A stretch of 64,000 bases of DNA from a virus (Duplodnaviria > Caudoviricetes), in IMG/VR virus record IMGVR_UViG_3300014208_000024, positions 224,001 through 288,000 of that record; one strand, written 5' to 3'. The position numbers and the translations under genes are program-made. Below, piece by piece: positions 1-9,678 of this stretch. Below the pieces are notes generated by a model. That model searched no databases and was not told the DNA's origin. It was given only the letters and a program-made list of their open reading frames with translations. Each line of letters starts with the position of its first letter. Within the stretch, counting starts at the first letter, position 1.

Positions 1-321
1 ACCGTTGTTCAAATTTATTACAAAGAAGTTTGTTCTTGGAGTTTATCTATTAATAGTACATTTTTGGATTATAGTGGAAATGTGTCTATTTCACCTACTG
101 GAGAAACAATTTCTTATAGTGTTATAAAAAATAAATATTACAACAACGAACCTATTACAATATCTCCAACAGATAATTATTATATAGAATCTTTCATTAT
201 AAATGGAAATAATGGAACATTAACTAGTGTTGAAGATGTTGCCGACGGGACAACAAAAAACATAATATCTTTTAACATAACAAGCAATACTATATTATCT
301 TTTATTTATAGAAAATATTAA
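1..321 (+). CDS. C-terminal part of a structural protein (5'-truncated by window), ends in an InlB-B-repeat-like beta module
   Basis: Frame 1 is open from base 1 (TVVQIYYKEVCSW...) through the tracked ORF to TAA at 319-321; ITISPTDNYYIESFIING resembles divergent InlB B-repeats; lies in the structural operon. Confidence 0.6.
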   Translation, partial: TVVQIYYKEVCSWSLSINSTFLDYSGNVSISPTGETISYSVIKNKYYNNEPITISPTDNYYIESFIINGNNGTLTSVEDVADGTTKNIISFNITSNTILSFIYRKY

Positions 322-331
322 CGATTAAAAA

Positions 332-1258
332 ATGGACTTAAACAAATCATTCATACAAAAAAAAATATTCTTAAAGAACAACTCGAAATTTGCAGATTCA
401 GTAGATGACATAAGTTTGTTTAGTTTTTCTCCTGCATCTAGGGCCGTTGGAGTAAATCTTTCTTATAGTGATTATTATGTTGACATTTTCCTTACAAAAA
501 CAAATGAGGTTTTTGAATATGTTGATGTTAAAAGGGATGAAAAAATTTTTAAAATTGAAAGACAGTTAATTAATCCATATTTTATTGATTACGATTTTTT
601 TGATACAGTAAATAGAATATCAACAAATAAAGGAAGTGAACTAAATAATGAAATGATAAAATATCTAAGAACAAATTATGCATTTGAAGAGGTTTTGGAT
701 GAATATAGAATAAGTTATGTGGCCAAACTATCACAGGCAGCTTTAAATTCAAATCCAAATCACGAAAAAAAGGATCTATTTATTCTTGGAATTTTTCCTG
801 GTGACAGAAAGGCTTCTTTACCAGAATCTAATAAATTTAGACTAACGGGATCAACATATTTTGATGGAATATATATATATGATAAAACAAGCGGAGGCTA
901 TCAACAACCATCGACAGGATTGTTTGAATCATTTGCTTGCAAACCAAACAAACAATGGCCAGTTGGAATAAACATACAGACTATTGGAGAGTTTGATTGT
1001 TATTTCTTTGATGACCCCAATATTACAAAATCATATGTTATAAGAGACTCTCTGCAAAGTTTAATTTATGATGCGTATTTTGACAATCCAAACTGGGATA
1101 TAATAAGCTGGTTTGATGCAGTTGGATATAATAAACTTTCTACAATAAAAGATCAAGAAACCAATGATACAGAATTAGACAAATTAGAAAAACTTAGAGT
1201 AGACATAACCAGTGTTGTTTCAAAAGCTTTTTATTTTCCTATATCTATAAATAAATAA
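332..1258 (+). CDS. Hypothetical virion structural protein
   Basis: 308 aa ORF tightly packed in the structural operon; no recognisable catalytic motif. Confidence 0.55.
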   Translation: MDLNKSFIQKKIFLKNNSKFADSVDDISLFSFSPASRAVGVNLSYSDYYVDIFLTKTNEVFEYVDVKRDEKIFKIERQLINPYFIDYDFFDTVNRISTNKGSELNNEMIKYLRTNYAFEEVLDEYRISYVAKLSQAALNSNPNHEKKDLFILGIFPGDRKASLPESNKFRLTGSTYFDGIYIYDKTSGGYQQPSTGLFESFACKPNKQWPVGINIQTIGEFDCYFFDDPNITKSYVIRDSLQSLIYDAYFDNPNWDIISWFDAVGYNKLSTIKDQETNDTELDKLEKLRVDITSVVSKAFYFPISINK

Positions 1259-1259
1259 A

Positions 1260-4200
1260 ATGGAACAAAAACATGAAATATTAAAAAATAGACTTTTTAC
1301 ATCTACAACGACAGTTTCAACGGTGTCGGATAATTTAGAATTGGTAAACAATTATTATTTAAATCCCACTGGTGAAATAGAAAAAATTGTAGATTACACA
1401 AATGTTAGAGGATTTCTGTCGAATGAAAATAATCAGAAAATAGTAAATGCTTACTATTCTTATTTAACTTCATCAACAGAAATGAATGAATCATATTCTA
1501 ATTCTACATTTAAAGCAAGTGCAAAATTTAAAGCAATTTATTATGATGATGAAAAATTGGCAGACTCATTTAATGAATACTATAATTCTATAATCCTAAG
1601 AGGTGCACAAAATTCATCTATTTACATTTCTGGATCACCAACTGATACAACAACAGATGCATATAAAAACACTGTAAACAATCAATTGTTAGGAACTCAA
1701 GAATATGAATATGTAACACAAAATGTTTCTCATAACAATTTTTATTGGAAAAGTAATGTTCCACATTCTCAAGCAAATTCTCCACAAAAACCTCCTTTTC
1801 CAGAAGCGTCTACAAATGCTGTTTTAGACATATATGGTGGAGATAGAATATTATTAGAGGAACAAAAAATAGTTGAAAAACCTTTGGGGGAAAACTATTT
1901 TGTAAATGTATTTTTACAAAAAAGGCATACACAAATTGCAAGAATAGCATTTGAAGCTTGTAATAAAGATTCAATTTTTAGAGTAACAAATAACAATTCT
2001 TCTTTTTCTCAGAATGTAACGGATAAAATTAGACATAATGATTTTTTAAGTACATTGGAAAAGAAAGAAGTTGGAATAGATGGATATGAAATAAATGACT
2101 CTCAACAAACAAATGTGTTGTTACCATCACAGTCGTTTGGAAGTGCATATAATTATTCATCTAATATTATTACAAGCAATGGGACTATATTATATGGAAT
2201 AACTGATTCAGAGGGAAATCCTGTGCTTTTACCAGCAGAACCTATAGGAGCCACAACAGGAACTACTGGAAATACGATAATTCAATGTTTTGTTGATCCA
2301 AATTTTAAAACAAACGCAAACGAATATTGGACAAATTATTTTCCAAATATTTCTTTTGAATTAAGCAATTATATTTTACAAAGAACAAATTTAACATTAA
2401 ATGAAGAAAAAGAAATAAAAATAGTTTTTTCTAATACGGCTGATGAAAGCTATTCTTTTAAAGTTAAAATAACATATTTGCAGGGAAGTTCAACAAATGC
2501 CATAATAAAAGAAATACAAACAAATGTTATTGAACAAGAATTTATTCCCTCTGCTGGCGCAACAAAACAAATTTTAACTATAATAGGATTGGCTAATTCT
2601 CTAGTTGCATCAACAATTAAATTAGAAATAACAGATTATGGAAAATTTATTGCAGGAACAAAAATGTCAACATTAATTAATGTTGTTCCACCTATTATTC
2701 CGCCAAAAAGAGTATATTTTAACCCATTTACAGAAATCAATGGACAACAAGTGGCATTGCCGACAGAAGAAATTAATGGAAGGTTATATGTTGTATTTTC
2801 TGTTTCTGAAATGCCAGACACACAACAACAATGGGGGTTACCAATTCAAGTGCTTATTGATTCTTTGCCAAGTGGAGATGAATACATTGGGTTGAAATAT
2901 TCTCAATCTTCAGGGTCTATAGAAAACGGAATAAACCCATCTATAGATTGGTATGTTTCAATTGATTCTGTTTCAAGTGAGCCAACAAATGGAATTTTAA
3001 ATAATACACTTGCGTGGACAACTCCAGGTCAATCTCCATCAAATCAAATTAAAAATTTACTTTTTCACATTGAAAACAATGAAGATAATGTCCCTGGTGC
3101 TGATGAATATATATTGGTAGAATTATTATACGACACAAATCATGCAAACACACAATCGGTTACTTCGTATAATGATAATTTTGACTTTTCTGGAGTAAAA
3201 ATTATAATTACTGACAGTACAGCTATACCACCAAATGTATCACTATGTTCTTTGCCAGATTTTTATTATATAAATTTTTCAGACTCAAAATATGATAATA
3301 TAGATGAAAGTGTTTTGAGTTATTATAAACCAGATCAAAGTTTAAGATATTTATTAAGAGAAGATTTTCAAGGAAATGTAGATGGCCCAAGATTCAAAGA
3401 ATATATAAATGGATATGCTTTTGACATTGATCCTACTGCACCTTATTATGGTTTATATTCAGATACTGTACAGTTTTTGCCTACAAACTACACAATTCCA
3501 TCAACCAATAACAACATTTTTGTTCTTAGAGGATTAGATGGAAGCTTATGGGAGTTAGCTGGAAAGTGGAATGCATTTGGTATTGACTATCCTACTCTTC
3601 CAACTTTTCCAACTGGACAAATAATATATACAGTCAATGACAAAGGTGGACAATCAATGGGGACAAATCAAATATTTTGGAGAAAAAGAAGTGAGACTGA
3701 AACTATTTGTAATTCTGTAAATGCATTAATGGGAAGAACTGAAATAATAGTTTCTGGATTAAACAACTCACAAATAAATGAAGTAAAAGATGACGAAATA
3801 GTTACTACTTATGTTAATGGTCAAGTTGAAACATCTGCGGACGTTGAATTAATACTAACAGATAGCAGTGGAAATATAATAATTGGACCTCCAAATAGAA
3901 AATTTGCAGCTCAAAATCCTAATGTTGTAGAAACACAAATTCAAGGCGGTGGTAGTGCCAACATTGTTCGATTTACTAACTGTTCTATTCCAATAAATTT
4001 TTCCGAAGACTTTTATAATTATGTGTCTGGATGGGATTTATACAATAGATTTTTAGTTAAGGCAGGAGTACAACCAATTATTGAAAAGACCATTTCAACA
4101 GTTACTGGAGATATTAAAATATCTAAAGTTTCCGTTTATTATTTTATAAACGGTCTAAGAAAATCTTGGGAAACCGACGATCATTTTTATGATGGAATAG

Positions 4201-5120
4201 TGTTTAAAAACAAAATTCAAAGAGCTAGAAGAGTAGATGAGAATGGAGATGTTTGGGAGTGGGCATATAGAGTTGTTTCTCCAATAATATCGCAATCAAA
4301 CATAGATAATCTTTATTATGTAGAGAATGGACAAGATTCTCATGGAAATGATATTTATACAAAAGACATTTTAGGTCAGTATTTTGATAATTTAAATGGA
4401 TGGGGTTGGTACAAAATGATGAATATAAATTCATCTGCTGTTTATGACAATCCTGGTGAAATGATTAATGAAAATCTTGAAAATATAGACGGACACCCAC
4501 TTGATGTTTATCCAGAAGAAAACCCTGATCCAAATGAAAATCTATTTCCACCTGACCATTGCGTAGATGACACTATTACAAACCCACATTTAACATCAGC
4601 AATCGATGGAGACATGTCTCCTCTCATTGGTTCTACTCAAACATATAGTGTAGATGATATTTATGAAATTAATTTTGTTTGGGATGTTCCAATTGATTGG
4701 ACTATTGTTGACGGTCAAGGAACAAACTCAATAAATGTTAATGTGACATCTACTCCTGGAGTTATTAGTGTAATTCCACAAAACGCAGATGGAACAATAG
4801 CAGGTCAAGGTTCATCTTTAAATGTAACGCCTTCAACATCTCAAGTTGTAACATTATATGTTCAAGTGAATAGTCCAAATTATGACTCAGGTTATCCATT
4901 TTTTAAAATATCAATTAATAATGGAACTGCAACACAATATTTAGGAAACGAAAATAGTATAAATATTTTACTAAACAGTTTAGTGAAAATTACTGTATTA
5001 ACAAACAAAATTGATGGAGAATTTTATGATGGAATGAGTGGAGATATAACAACATCTTCTTCACAACTTTCTGCGGAGTTTACAATGGACAATAATAAAA
5101 ACATATTTATTAATTATTAA
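1260..5120 (+). CDS. Large virion structural protein with Calx-beta-like, PKD-like and InlB-B-like modules
   Basis: 1286 aa, S/T/N-rich beta character; ENNEDNVPGADEYILVEL (Calx-beta-like), FVWDVPIDWTIVDGQGTNSINV (PKD-like), C-terminal GMSGDITTSSSQLSAEFTMDNNKNIFINY (InlB-B-like). Confidence 0.6.
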   Translation: MEQKHEILKNRLFTSTTTVSTVSDNLELVNNYYLNPTGEIEKIVDYTNVRGFLSNENNQKIVNAYYSYLTSSTEMNESYSNSTFKASAKFKAIYYDDEKLADSFNEYYNSIILRGAQNSSIYISGSPTDTTTDAYKNTVNNQLLGTQEYEYVTQNVSHNNFYWKSNVPHSQANSPQKPPFPEASTNAVLDIYGGDRILLEEQKIVEKPLGENYFVNVFLQKRHTQIARIAFEACNKDSIFRVTNNNSSFSQNVTDKIRHNDFLSTLEKKEVGIDGYEINDSQQTNVLLPSQSFGSAYNYSSNIITSNGTILYGITDSEGNPVLLPAEPIGATTGTTGNTIIQCFVDPNFKTNANEYWTNYFPNISFELSNYILQRTNLTLNEEKEIKIVFSNTADESYSFKVKITYLQGSSTNAIIKEIQTNVIEQEFIPSAGATKQILTIIGLANSLVASTIKLEITDYGKFIAGTKMSTLINVVPPIIPPKRVYFNPFTEINGQQVALPTEEINGRLYVVFSVSEMPDTQQQWGLPIQVLIDSLPSGDEYIGLKYSQSSGSIENGINPSIDWYVSIDSVSSEPTNGILNNTLAWTTPGQSPSNQIKNLLFHIENNEDNVPGADEYILVELLYDTNHANTQSVTSYNDNFDFSGVKIIITDSTAIPPNVSLCSLPDFYYINFSDSKYDNIDESVLSYYKPDQSLRYLLREDFQGNVDGPRFKEYINGYAFDIDPTAPYYGLYSDTVQFLPTNYTIPSTNNNIFVLRGLDGSLWELAGKWNAFGIDYPTLPTFPTGQIIYTVNDKGGQSMGTNQIFWRKRSETETICNSVNALMGRTEIIVSGLNNSQINEVKDDEIVTTYVNGQVETSADVELILTDSSGNIIIGPPNRKFAAQNPNVVETQIQGGGSANIVRFTNCSIPINFSEDFYNYVSGWDLYNRFLVKAGVQPIIEKTISTVTGDIKISKVSVYYFINGLRKSWETDDHFYDGIVFKNKIQRARRVDENGDVWEWAYRVVSPIISQSNIDNLYYVENGQDSHGNDIYTKDILGQYFDNLNGWGWYKMMNINSSAVYDNPGEMINENLENIDGHPLDVYPEENPDPNENLFPPDHCVDDTITNPHLTSAIDGDMSPLIGSTQTYSVDDIYEINFVWDVPIDWTIVDGQGTNSINVNVTSTPGVISVIPQNADGTIAGQGSSLNVTPSTSQVVTLYVQVNSPNYDSGYPFFKISINNGTATQYLGNENSINILLNSLVKITVLTNKIDGEFYDGMSGDITTSSSQLSAEFTMDNNKNIFINY

Positions 5121-5122
5121 TA

Positions 5123-5130
5123 TATTTATA
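5123..5130 (+). promoter_or_regulatory. Putative phage late promoter TATTTAT(A) (representative copy)
   Basis: Copies mostly 11-27 nt upstream of starts. + strand: 5123, 14046, 16283, 19337, 32826, 33814, 37996, 41197, 44209, 46093, 47717, 48540, 50726, 56701. - strand: 9657, 13954, 21764, 27071, 32755, 50651, 54374, 54396, 56670, 57887, 60268, 62831. Confidence 0.75.
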
Positions 5131-5143
5131 AAAAAATAAAACT

Positions 5144-6019
5144 ATGGCAGTAGGAATTTATGGAACGAAGAAATTAGCTGACGTTGACTACAATGATGTC
5201 GATGTTTTGTATGCTTATTCACCAAATAGAGAAACGGTAACAGACAATCAATTGAGACCTTTATTTTCAACGATATCAAACAGTGATTTTGCAAAAATGT
5301 TTGGAGCAGATGGTGCATATAAATTAAAATTACCAGCAGCTGTGTTCAATCAACTTGGATTTTATGTAGTGTTAATAAAGCCAAAAACTTTTGAAACAAA
5401 TATCATAGATTGTTCTTTTATTGTAACAGAAACAAGCGAAGAAATACAAATTTCTAGAAAAGGTATTGTTATACCAAAATTACAATTTCAAGGAACTGGA
5501 AGTTTAATTGGGTATCAAGTTGAATATTTTGACGACAATGGAATAAAAATTAAAAATTTTCATAAAATTATTACAGGTAGCGATCCAGTAAGTCCTGCTC
5601 AGAACCCATCTGTTCCATCTCAAAACTCTACAACAAGTTATTCTCTTAGCGATAATGGAGCATCATTGTTTTTAACCTTAACTCCAGATGAAGTAAGTTT
5701 GGTGTCAAATACTGCCAGAGCAGATCTTGGAAAGGCAGGGCAAAAAATCCTTATTTCAAATACATTTTTTGATCCAGTTATGTTAGAAATAGAAATGGTA
5801 GATCAGACTGTAAAAACATTAAGTTACGGTATTTTTGGAAACTCAACCAGGGATATGGAAAGCGGACTGTTTTCTATATTTGATGAAAACAACAATCTTT
5901 ATAAACAATATAATTTACTTACCAGGAAGAAAGTTTTCTCTAATGGAAATGTTGATTATAAAGAACAAAGAACGATTGTTAATTATAATCAATCTTTTAA
6001 TAGTCTTTCGCAGCAATAA
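5144..6019 (+). CDS. Virion structural protein (tail/baseplate region)
   Basis: 291 aa ORF preceded by TATTTATA (5123-5130), followed by a bidirectional terminator. Confidence 0.55.
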   Translation: MAVGIYGTKKLADVDYNDVDVLYAYSPNRETVTDNQLRPLFSTISNSDFAKMFGADGAYKLKLPAAVFNQLGFYVVLIKPKTFETNIIDCSFIVTETSEEIQISRKGIVIPKLQFQGTGSLIGYQVEYFDDNGIKIKNFHKIITGSDPVSPAQNPSVPSQNSTTSYSLSDNGASLFLTLTPDEVSLVSNTARADLGKAGQKILISNTFFDPVMLEIEMVDQTVKTLSYGIFGNSTRDMESGLFSIFDENNNLYKQYNLLTRKKVFSNGNVDYKEQRTIVNYNQSFNSLSQQ

Positions 6020-6045
6020 AAAAAGCCCCAAAATCTGGGGCTTTT
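6018..6045. terminator. Bidirectional intrinsic terminator
   Basis: A-tract, GCCCCA-loop-TGGGGC stem, T-tract between convergent genes. Confidence 0.85.
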
Positions 6046-6049
6046 ATTT

Positions 6050-9000
6050 TTAATTAAAATCTTTGTCCATTTTCCAATAGAAATTAGAACCAGTATTATC
6101 AGTAACATATTTGAAGTTTAAAATATCTGATTTTGTTGCCCCTGTCGTAAGATTAATTGTAGTTCCCGTTCCATATGCGCTCGCAATTTTACTATTTGCT
6201 GGCAAATTAATTATATGTCCACCAACACCATCTTGTTTAACTAAAATATTTCCCTCTTGTCCACTTGCAACATTTTGTATATTTAATGTTCCATTGGCTC
6301 CAGTTAATGTTATATATGTATTGTGTTTTACACTTGCATCCCAATAAACTGTAACATCATCATTTAGTGAATAAAAAGAACCTCCAAGAAAATTTAGAGC
6401 TTCTGTTACGGAGTCAGTATAAGATATTCCAAAAGAAGTTCCAGTTACTTGAATGTTTGAATCATTTCTTATATAATTTGATGAATATTTTAAAGAAATA
6501 GAACTTCCAGTTGTTGGTATATAATCATTTAAAATAGCTCCTCCATACATGTTTGTAACTCCTGAAAAATTTAAAAAGTCTTCCGTAATAACAGAATTAA
6601 AACAATTAAACGTAACTCCAGTTGAAAGATTTGCTGCATTTAAAATTACACTATTAAAAGCATTTATTTCAACATCTCCTTCTATTGTTGTTGAAGAAAG
6701 TGCTTTTATATTAGAGTTTGATAAAGAAAATAATGTATTTGTATATCCAGCAGGTTTATAAATGTTATTATCTGCGTAAACATGAATATTTGCATCTGAA
6801 TAACTTCCTCTAAAATAAAATTTTCCATTTTTAAAAACAGAATCTTCAGCACCAGAAAGTAGTTGACAATTTTTTATTGAAAGAGAATTTGTGTTATAAC
6901 AATTAATTTTTCCGTAAAAATAACAATCGGAAAAAATAAAACCAGTAGATCCAAAACCAGTTCCATTAGTTTCTCCAGAAACAGAAATTGGAGAGTAGAA
7001 TATAAGTTTCGAAAATTCTAAGGCTGCTAAATTTGTGTTGTTTGTTTCGCTAACAATAGAATAAGGACTTCCGCTGATAATAGTAGTTCCATTTCCATTT
7101 ATTGTTATAAACCTTAAAGAACTATTTTGTAATGTAATTGGTTCATAATATATACCTGAATTAATATTTATTCTATATGGATTTGCCGTGGTACTTCCAC
7201 CGTTTTCTATTATATAATTTGTTGCTCCAGAAATAGATTTAAAGGGTGAATTTACATTACCGTTTTCAACATAAGAATCCGTTCTTTGTTTATCAACATA
7301 AACTGTTTTTGTCGAATTAAAAACAGCTCCAAAAACATCTGTTGTTCCTGAATAAAGGTTGTTTACATATGTTGAATATGGTTGTGATGCAGTAACTCCG
7401 CTGGCTCCAAGAATTACACTTCCAATTGCTGATGTTGTTGTTGTATTTCCGCTACCACCAATTATATTAGAATATTGTCCATTTGTAACATTATATTGAC
7501 CAGAAGCATGACTATGTTCGCCGATAGTTGTTGTTTTATATCCTTCAGCATGACTCCAATTTCCAATTGCTGTTGTATAACCACCTTCAGCATGACTTGA
7601 TGTTCCAGATGTTTTGGTGCCTATACCTTCAGCGTGACTATATTCTCCAATTGAAGTTGTGAAATTACCTTCAGCATGACTTGATGTTCCAGAGGATCTA
7701 GTTAATATACCTTCAGCATGACTATAATCACCATCAGAGGTTGAATAAAATCCCTCAGCATGGCTTGATACTCCACTAGATATTGTACCATATCCTTCTG
7801 CATGACTATATTGTCCATAAGTTCTACAATCATTTCCTTCAGTATGACTATAATCTCCACTTGCTATTGTAACATAACCCTCAGCATGACTTGATGCCCC
7901 AGAAGATATTGTTAATTTACCCTCTGCGTGACTATAATTTCCTATTGAAGTACTATTTATCCCTTCAGCATGGCTCGAATCACCAAAAGATTTTGTTTCA
8001 TTACCTTCTGTGTGACCATAAGCTCCATTTGAAATGCTGTACAATCCTTCTGAATGACTATATAAACCATTAGCTGTCGTTAATCTACCTTCTGCGTGAC
8101 TTGCATATCCACTTGCCAAAGTAGATTCTCCTTCTGCATGACCATAAAATCCTGTAGTTATTGCACTAAGTCCTTCTGCATGACTCCATTTTTCATTCGT
8201 TGTTGTTTTATCTCCCTCTGTATGAGAAAAATCACTAACAGCAACAGTATCAAGACCCTCAGCGTGACTTTGTGCTCCAATTGATTGTGTTTGATAACCT
8301 TCAGAGTGGCTCCAATTTCCCAATGCTGTAGTTGCATTTCCCTCTGCGTGACTTGAAGTTGCACTGGCTATTGTATTTAAACCTTCAGCATGACTATTAG
8401 ATCCTATAGAAATACAACTTTTTCCCTCTGCATGACTACTGTTTCCACTGGAAGTTGTACTATCTCCTTCGGCGTGACTTTGTTTTCCAGTAGAAATAGT
8501 GCTATATCCTTCCGCATGACTACTTACTCCACTAGACAATGTTTCTCTTCCTTCAGAATGACCAGCAAATCCAACAGCTGTTGTTAAATACCCTTCTGAA
8601 TGAGATGCGTTTCCACTAGCTGTTGTTGCCACTCCTTCTGCATGAGTATTATCACCAAAAGCTATGTTTAAATTTCCTTCTGCGTGACTAAAAACACCAA
8701 CAGATGTTGTTCCACTTCCTTCTGCGTGACTTGAATATCCACTGGCCGTTGAAAAATAACCCTCTGCATGTGTGTAATATCCTATTGATGTTGTTGAAAA
8801 TCCTTCAACGTGTGAATATGTTCCATTTGCTATAGTAGCATTTCCTTCTGCATGACTTCCAACTCCACTTGTAATAGTTTGAGTTCCTTCAGCATGACTG
8901 TAAAGTTCGTTTGATGTTGTTGAAAAACCTTCGGCATGACTGCTTTTCCCATAAGCTATTGTATATTCACCTTCACTATGTCCATATTGTCCAAAAGATG

Positions 9001-9643
9001 TTGTACTATATCCTTCACTATGACTGTGTAATCCAAGAGAAGTTGTTTCTTTTCCTTCAGAATGGCTATAATCAGCATTACTTTTTGTAGCATATCCTTC
9101 AGCATGGCTTTCGTTTCCACTTGATATAGAGGTTTTCCCTTCAGCATGACTACCTATACCAATAGATGTAGTTTCTGATCCTTCAGAATGACTATAATTA
9201 CCATTTGAATTTGTTATTTCCCCCTCTGAATGGCTTGCATTCCCATTGGTAGTTGTGTTATATCCTTCAGAATGACTGTTGTCACCTAATGAACTTGACA
9301 AATTTCCTTCTGCATGGCTATTATCATTAGATGCTAAATTACAATAACCATGAGCTAAAGAATATTGTCCTGTTGAATTTAATGTATTTCCAGTACCAAC
9401 AACTGCTTTTATGGAATAAGAACCAGAACTTCCAGATATCCAATAATTATCAGAACCTCCAATAGGTTTAAATATATCATATAAATTTGTAGTTCCAGAA
9501 ATCATTGTTCCAGCACTTAATAAGACAGAGTTTGCTTCGTTAAAAGTAGCAACATTAAAAGATGCAGTTGCACTAAATGCTTGATTTATTGCAACTCTTC
9601 CTTGATCTAAGGTATTTGAACTTAATATTAATTCACCAGTCAT
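6050..9643 (-). CDS. Tail fibre / receptor-binding adhesin with YadA-like left-handed beta-roll repeats and a beta-helix-like region
   Basis: 1197 aa; 43 tandem 14-aa xSH(A/S)EG repeats, then a YVDK...NSPFKSI motif typical of the start of right-handed beta-helices, then a C-terminal fibre-type domain; TATTTATA on - strand at 9657-9664. Confidence 0.8.
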   Translation of the reverse strand: MTGELILSSNTLDQGRVAINQAFSATASFNVATFNEANSVLLSAGTMISGTTNLYDIFKPIGGSDNYWISGSSGSYSIKAVVGTGNTLNSTGQYSLAHGYCNLASNDNSHAEGNLSSSLGDNSHSEGYNTTTNGNASHSEGEITNSNGNYSHSEGSETTSIGIGSHAEGKTSISSGNESHAEGYATKSNADYSHSEGKETTSLGLHSHSEGYSTTSFGQYGHSEGEYTIAYGKSSHAEGFSTTSNELYSHAEGTQTITSGVGSHAEGNATIANGTYSHVEGFSTTSIGYYTHAEGYFSTASGYSSHAEGSGTTSVGVFSHAEGNLNIAFGDNTHAEGVATTASGNASHSEGYLTTAVGFAGHSEGRETLSSGVSSHAEGYSTISTGKQSHAEGDSTTSSGNSSHAEGKSCISIGSNSHAEGLNTIASATSSHAEGNATTALGNWSHSEGYQTQSIGAQSHAEGLDTVAVSDFSHTEGDKTTTNEKWSHAEGLSAITTGFYGHAEGESTLASGYASHAEGRLTTANGLYSHSEGLYSISNGAYGHTEGNETKSFGDSSHAEGINSTSIGNYSHAEGKLTISSGASSHAEGYVTIASGDYSHTEGNDCRTYGQYSHAEGYGTISSGVSSHAEGFYSTSDGDYSHAEGILTRSSGTSSHAEGNFTTSIGEYSHAEGIGTKTSGTSSHAEGGYTTAIGNWSHAEGYKTTTIGEHSHASGQYNVTNGQYSNIIGGSGNTTTTSAIGSVILGASGVTASQPYSTYVNNLYSGTTDVFGAVFNSTKTVYVDKQRTDSYVENGNVNSPFKSISGATNYIIENGGSTTANPYRININSGIYYEPITLQNSSLRFITINGNGTTIISGSPYSIVSETNNTNLAALEFSKLIFYSPISVSGETNGTGFGSTGFIFSDCYFYGKINCYNTNSLSIKNCQLLSGAEDSVFKNGKFYFRGSYSDANIHVYADNNIYKPAGYTNTLFSLSNSNIKALSSTTIEGDVEINAFNSVILNAANLSTGVTFNCFNSVITEDFLNFSGVTNMYGGAILNDYIPTTGSSISLKYSSNYIRNDSNIQVTGTSFGISYTDSVTEALNFLGGSFYSLNDDVTVYWDASVKHNTYITLTGANGTLNIQNVASGQEGNILVKQDGVGGHIINLPANSKIASAYGTGTTINLTTGATKSDILNFKYVTDNTGSNFYWKMDKDFN
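7500..9322 (-). repeat. 42-bp period coding tandem repeat (43 HxEG units plus one degenerate HASG)
   Basis: Counted from the translation, NSHAEG through WSHAEG then HSHASG; DNA shows recurring ccttc(a/t)g(c/a)(a/g)tg(a/g)ct every 42 bp. Confidence 0.95.
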
Positions 9644-9678
9644 TTTTTTTATTTTTTATAAATAGTTAAACAAAATTA

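Noticed and set aside
7500-9322. CRISPR array or DGR template/variable repeat in the 42-bp periodic region
   Set aside because: The periodicity is in-frame protein repeat with synonymous variation; there are no identical repeats with unique spacers, no adenine-specific TR/VR pair and no reverse transcriptase.
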